This document shows, one piece after another, positions 62,801 through 64,000 of a stretch of DNA of 64,000 bases (position 1 is its first letter; each line of letters starts with the position of its first letter). Under the pieces are notes generated by a model. That model was not told the DNA's origin. It made no database searches and saw only the letters and a list, made by a program, of their open reading frames with translations. The position numbers and the translations under genes are program-made. Origin of the DNA: Lytechinus pictus (taxonomy: Eukaryota); assembly GCF_037042905.1 (NCBI RefSeq), contig NC_087250.1, positions 16,494,001 to 16,558,000 on the forward strand, read 5' to 3'.

Positions 62801-64000
62801 GAAATAGCGCCCTCTAAAGTTTCAAAAACGCTTATCTTTGAATGCTCCTCATTGCGTCATGCATGGCCAAACCCGTACCCTTTTTTAGATTTAGGGTGTT
62901 CAAGATATACCCTTTCATGCCATTTAGAAAAAAATATACCTTACCACTGACGAAATATCTGAAAAATGCTCCCGAAAATCAGCAAAATACGCAAAAATGC
63001 ACTATAATGCCAGCACAACTTCAACTTGCTCTTATTTCCTTATTATTGAAGTTTATCCTTTCTAACTTGGCAGATATGAGTATTGATATATATTTCAACC
63101 GTTCGTTAACCTTTTGTGACAGAAACTGACATAGAGCTGACGTCAGCTCAAAATTATTGTGCAATACTCTCATTTTTAATGTCTTTCTTTATATGGCATT
63201 TACTTCCGGTCTATTGCTTGCGCAAAAATAAAAGTGGTATCAATGTCACCGCATTGGAATGCCCTATCCAGTGATTCCAAATACGACATAGGTTACAACA
63301 GAAAATTTCAAGATAAGCCAATCTGAACACATGGTATACTACTCACAACGCACACATTATCAACAACAGAATTGTACACAATGTCTATGGCATAACGTAT
63401 TATGCATGCACATCGTTCTGCTATGTACTTTACACTGAGTTACGTTAATGAACTGTCAGGGAAATGTGTATGCTCATTCATATTACTCTCTGTGTCTTTC
63501 TCTCCCTTCTCTCTCTTTTTTTTTGAGCGGCCATACGGTCTAAAAAAGGCCCAATGGACGAAATCTGTTTGACTTGAGAATGTAACTTCCTATGGAGGGC
63601 AAAATGTACCAAAATCCACTTTGATTAACATGTAATTTTTGTTAGTCATCCCCTGCCTCCGCTCCTCATCCAAATTCATTCCGATTTGGTAGACATGTTG
63701 TCCATGATGCATTATTGTGTACCTCTTATTACATTTTCTAAAATCATTCATGCATGACAGTGCATGCACCATTTTGAGTGAGTGATATCATCATCTCTCT
63801 CATTTGGATGTAACTGGCTCGTTCATATAACTCTTTCGTTAAAAATAAGCGAAACTTTGAAATGTCATAACTTTCTTTTTTTACATCTGATTTTGATGAA
63901 ATTTTCAGCATTGTGCTTGTCTGATTTTTCCCTATTGATTCAAATCAACATTTTTATGAGGTGGACTTCACCTCTAAATCAGACACGTCAATGCATGCAC
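56836..64000 (+). mobile_element. Head-to-tail array of at least 4 non-autonomous Helitron/Helentron-like units
   Basis: Units ~56836-58879, 58880-60525, 60526-62269 and 62270->64000. Each complete unit ends CGTCAATGCA (inverse of the 5' TGCATTGACG), then an ATCGTT-CTGA-AACGAT hairpin, then TTCTAG|T. A (TTC)n microsatellite lies near each 5' end. Confidence 0.78.
56843..57148 (+). repeat. Four tandem ~65-80 bp copies of the Helitron-like 5' module
   Basis: TTGCATTGACGCCCA(A/C)(C/T)GGCGACAATGCATTGTTCTTGTTCCGTATTCCTATTCCGTCG followed by variable (TCT)n. Confidence 0.9.

Noticed and set aside
57702..63129. Recurrent 95-129 aa ORF (MLLIASCMAKP...) and reverse ORF (MAPRWSC...) in each array unit
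   Set aside because: They recur only because the DNA unit is repeated. No recognisable domain or Rep/helicase motif, and the stop position varies.

Overview
AT-rich, repeat-saturated animal genomic DNA. The repeat landscape suggests a sea urchin or other echinoderm, but that is inference. One host gene is supported: a 3-exon histamine N-methyltransferase (HNMT)-like SAM-dependent methyltransferase on + (CDS 15933-16143, 35160-35474, 37750-38132; 302 aa; two phase-1 GT-AG introns of 19.0 kb and 2.3 kb). Almost everything else is transposon-derived, and many boundaries resolve to the base by target-site duplications (TSDs). (1) A degraded L1/Tx1 LINE. (2) A four-level nest: RTE-X-like LINE > BEL/Pao LTR element > CACAC/TA DNA element > probable solo LTR. 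(3) A 9.9-kb non-coding hAT-type element holding satellites and three more inserts, including a TU-like foldback element. (4) A 6.1-kb PIF/Harbinger-like foldback carrying five or more inserts. (5) Kolobok-, Tc1- and hAT-type MITEs and SINE remnants. (6) A nearly intact CR1/L2-group LINE with an open PHD-APE-RT ORF2 and one nonsense codon in ORF1. (7) A head-to-tail array of at least four 1.6-2.0 kb Helitron/Helentron-like units running off the window end. I found no CRISPR, rRNA or convincing tRNA gene, and no clearly new multi-gene system. The most unusual items are the Helitron-like array, the divergent active site of the HNMT-like enzyme and the TE nests. All family assignments come from motifs read by eye, not database searches.
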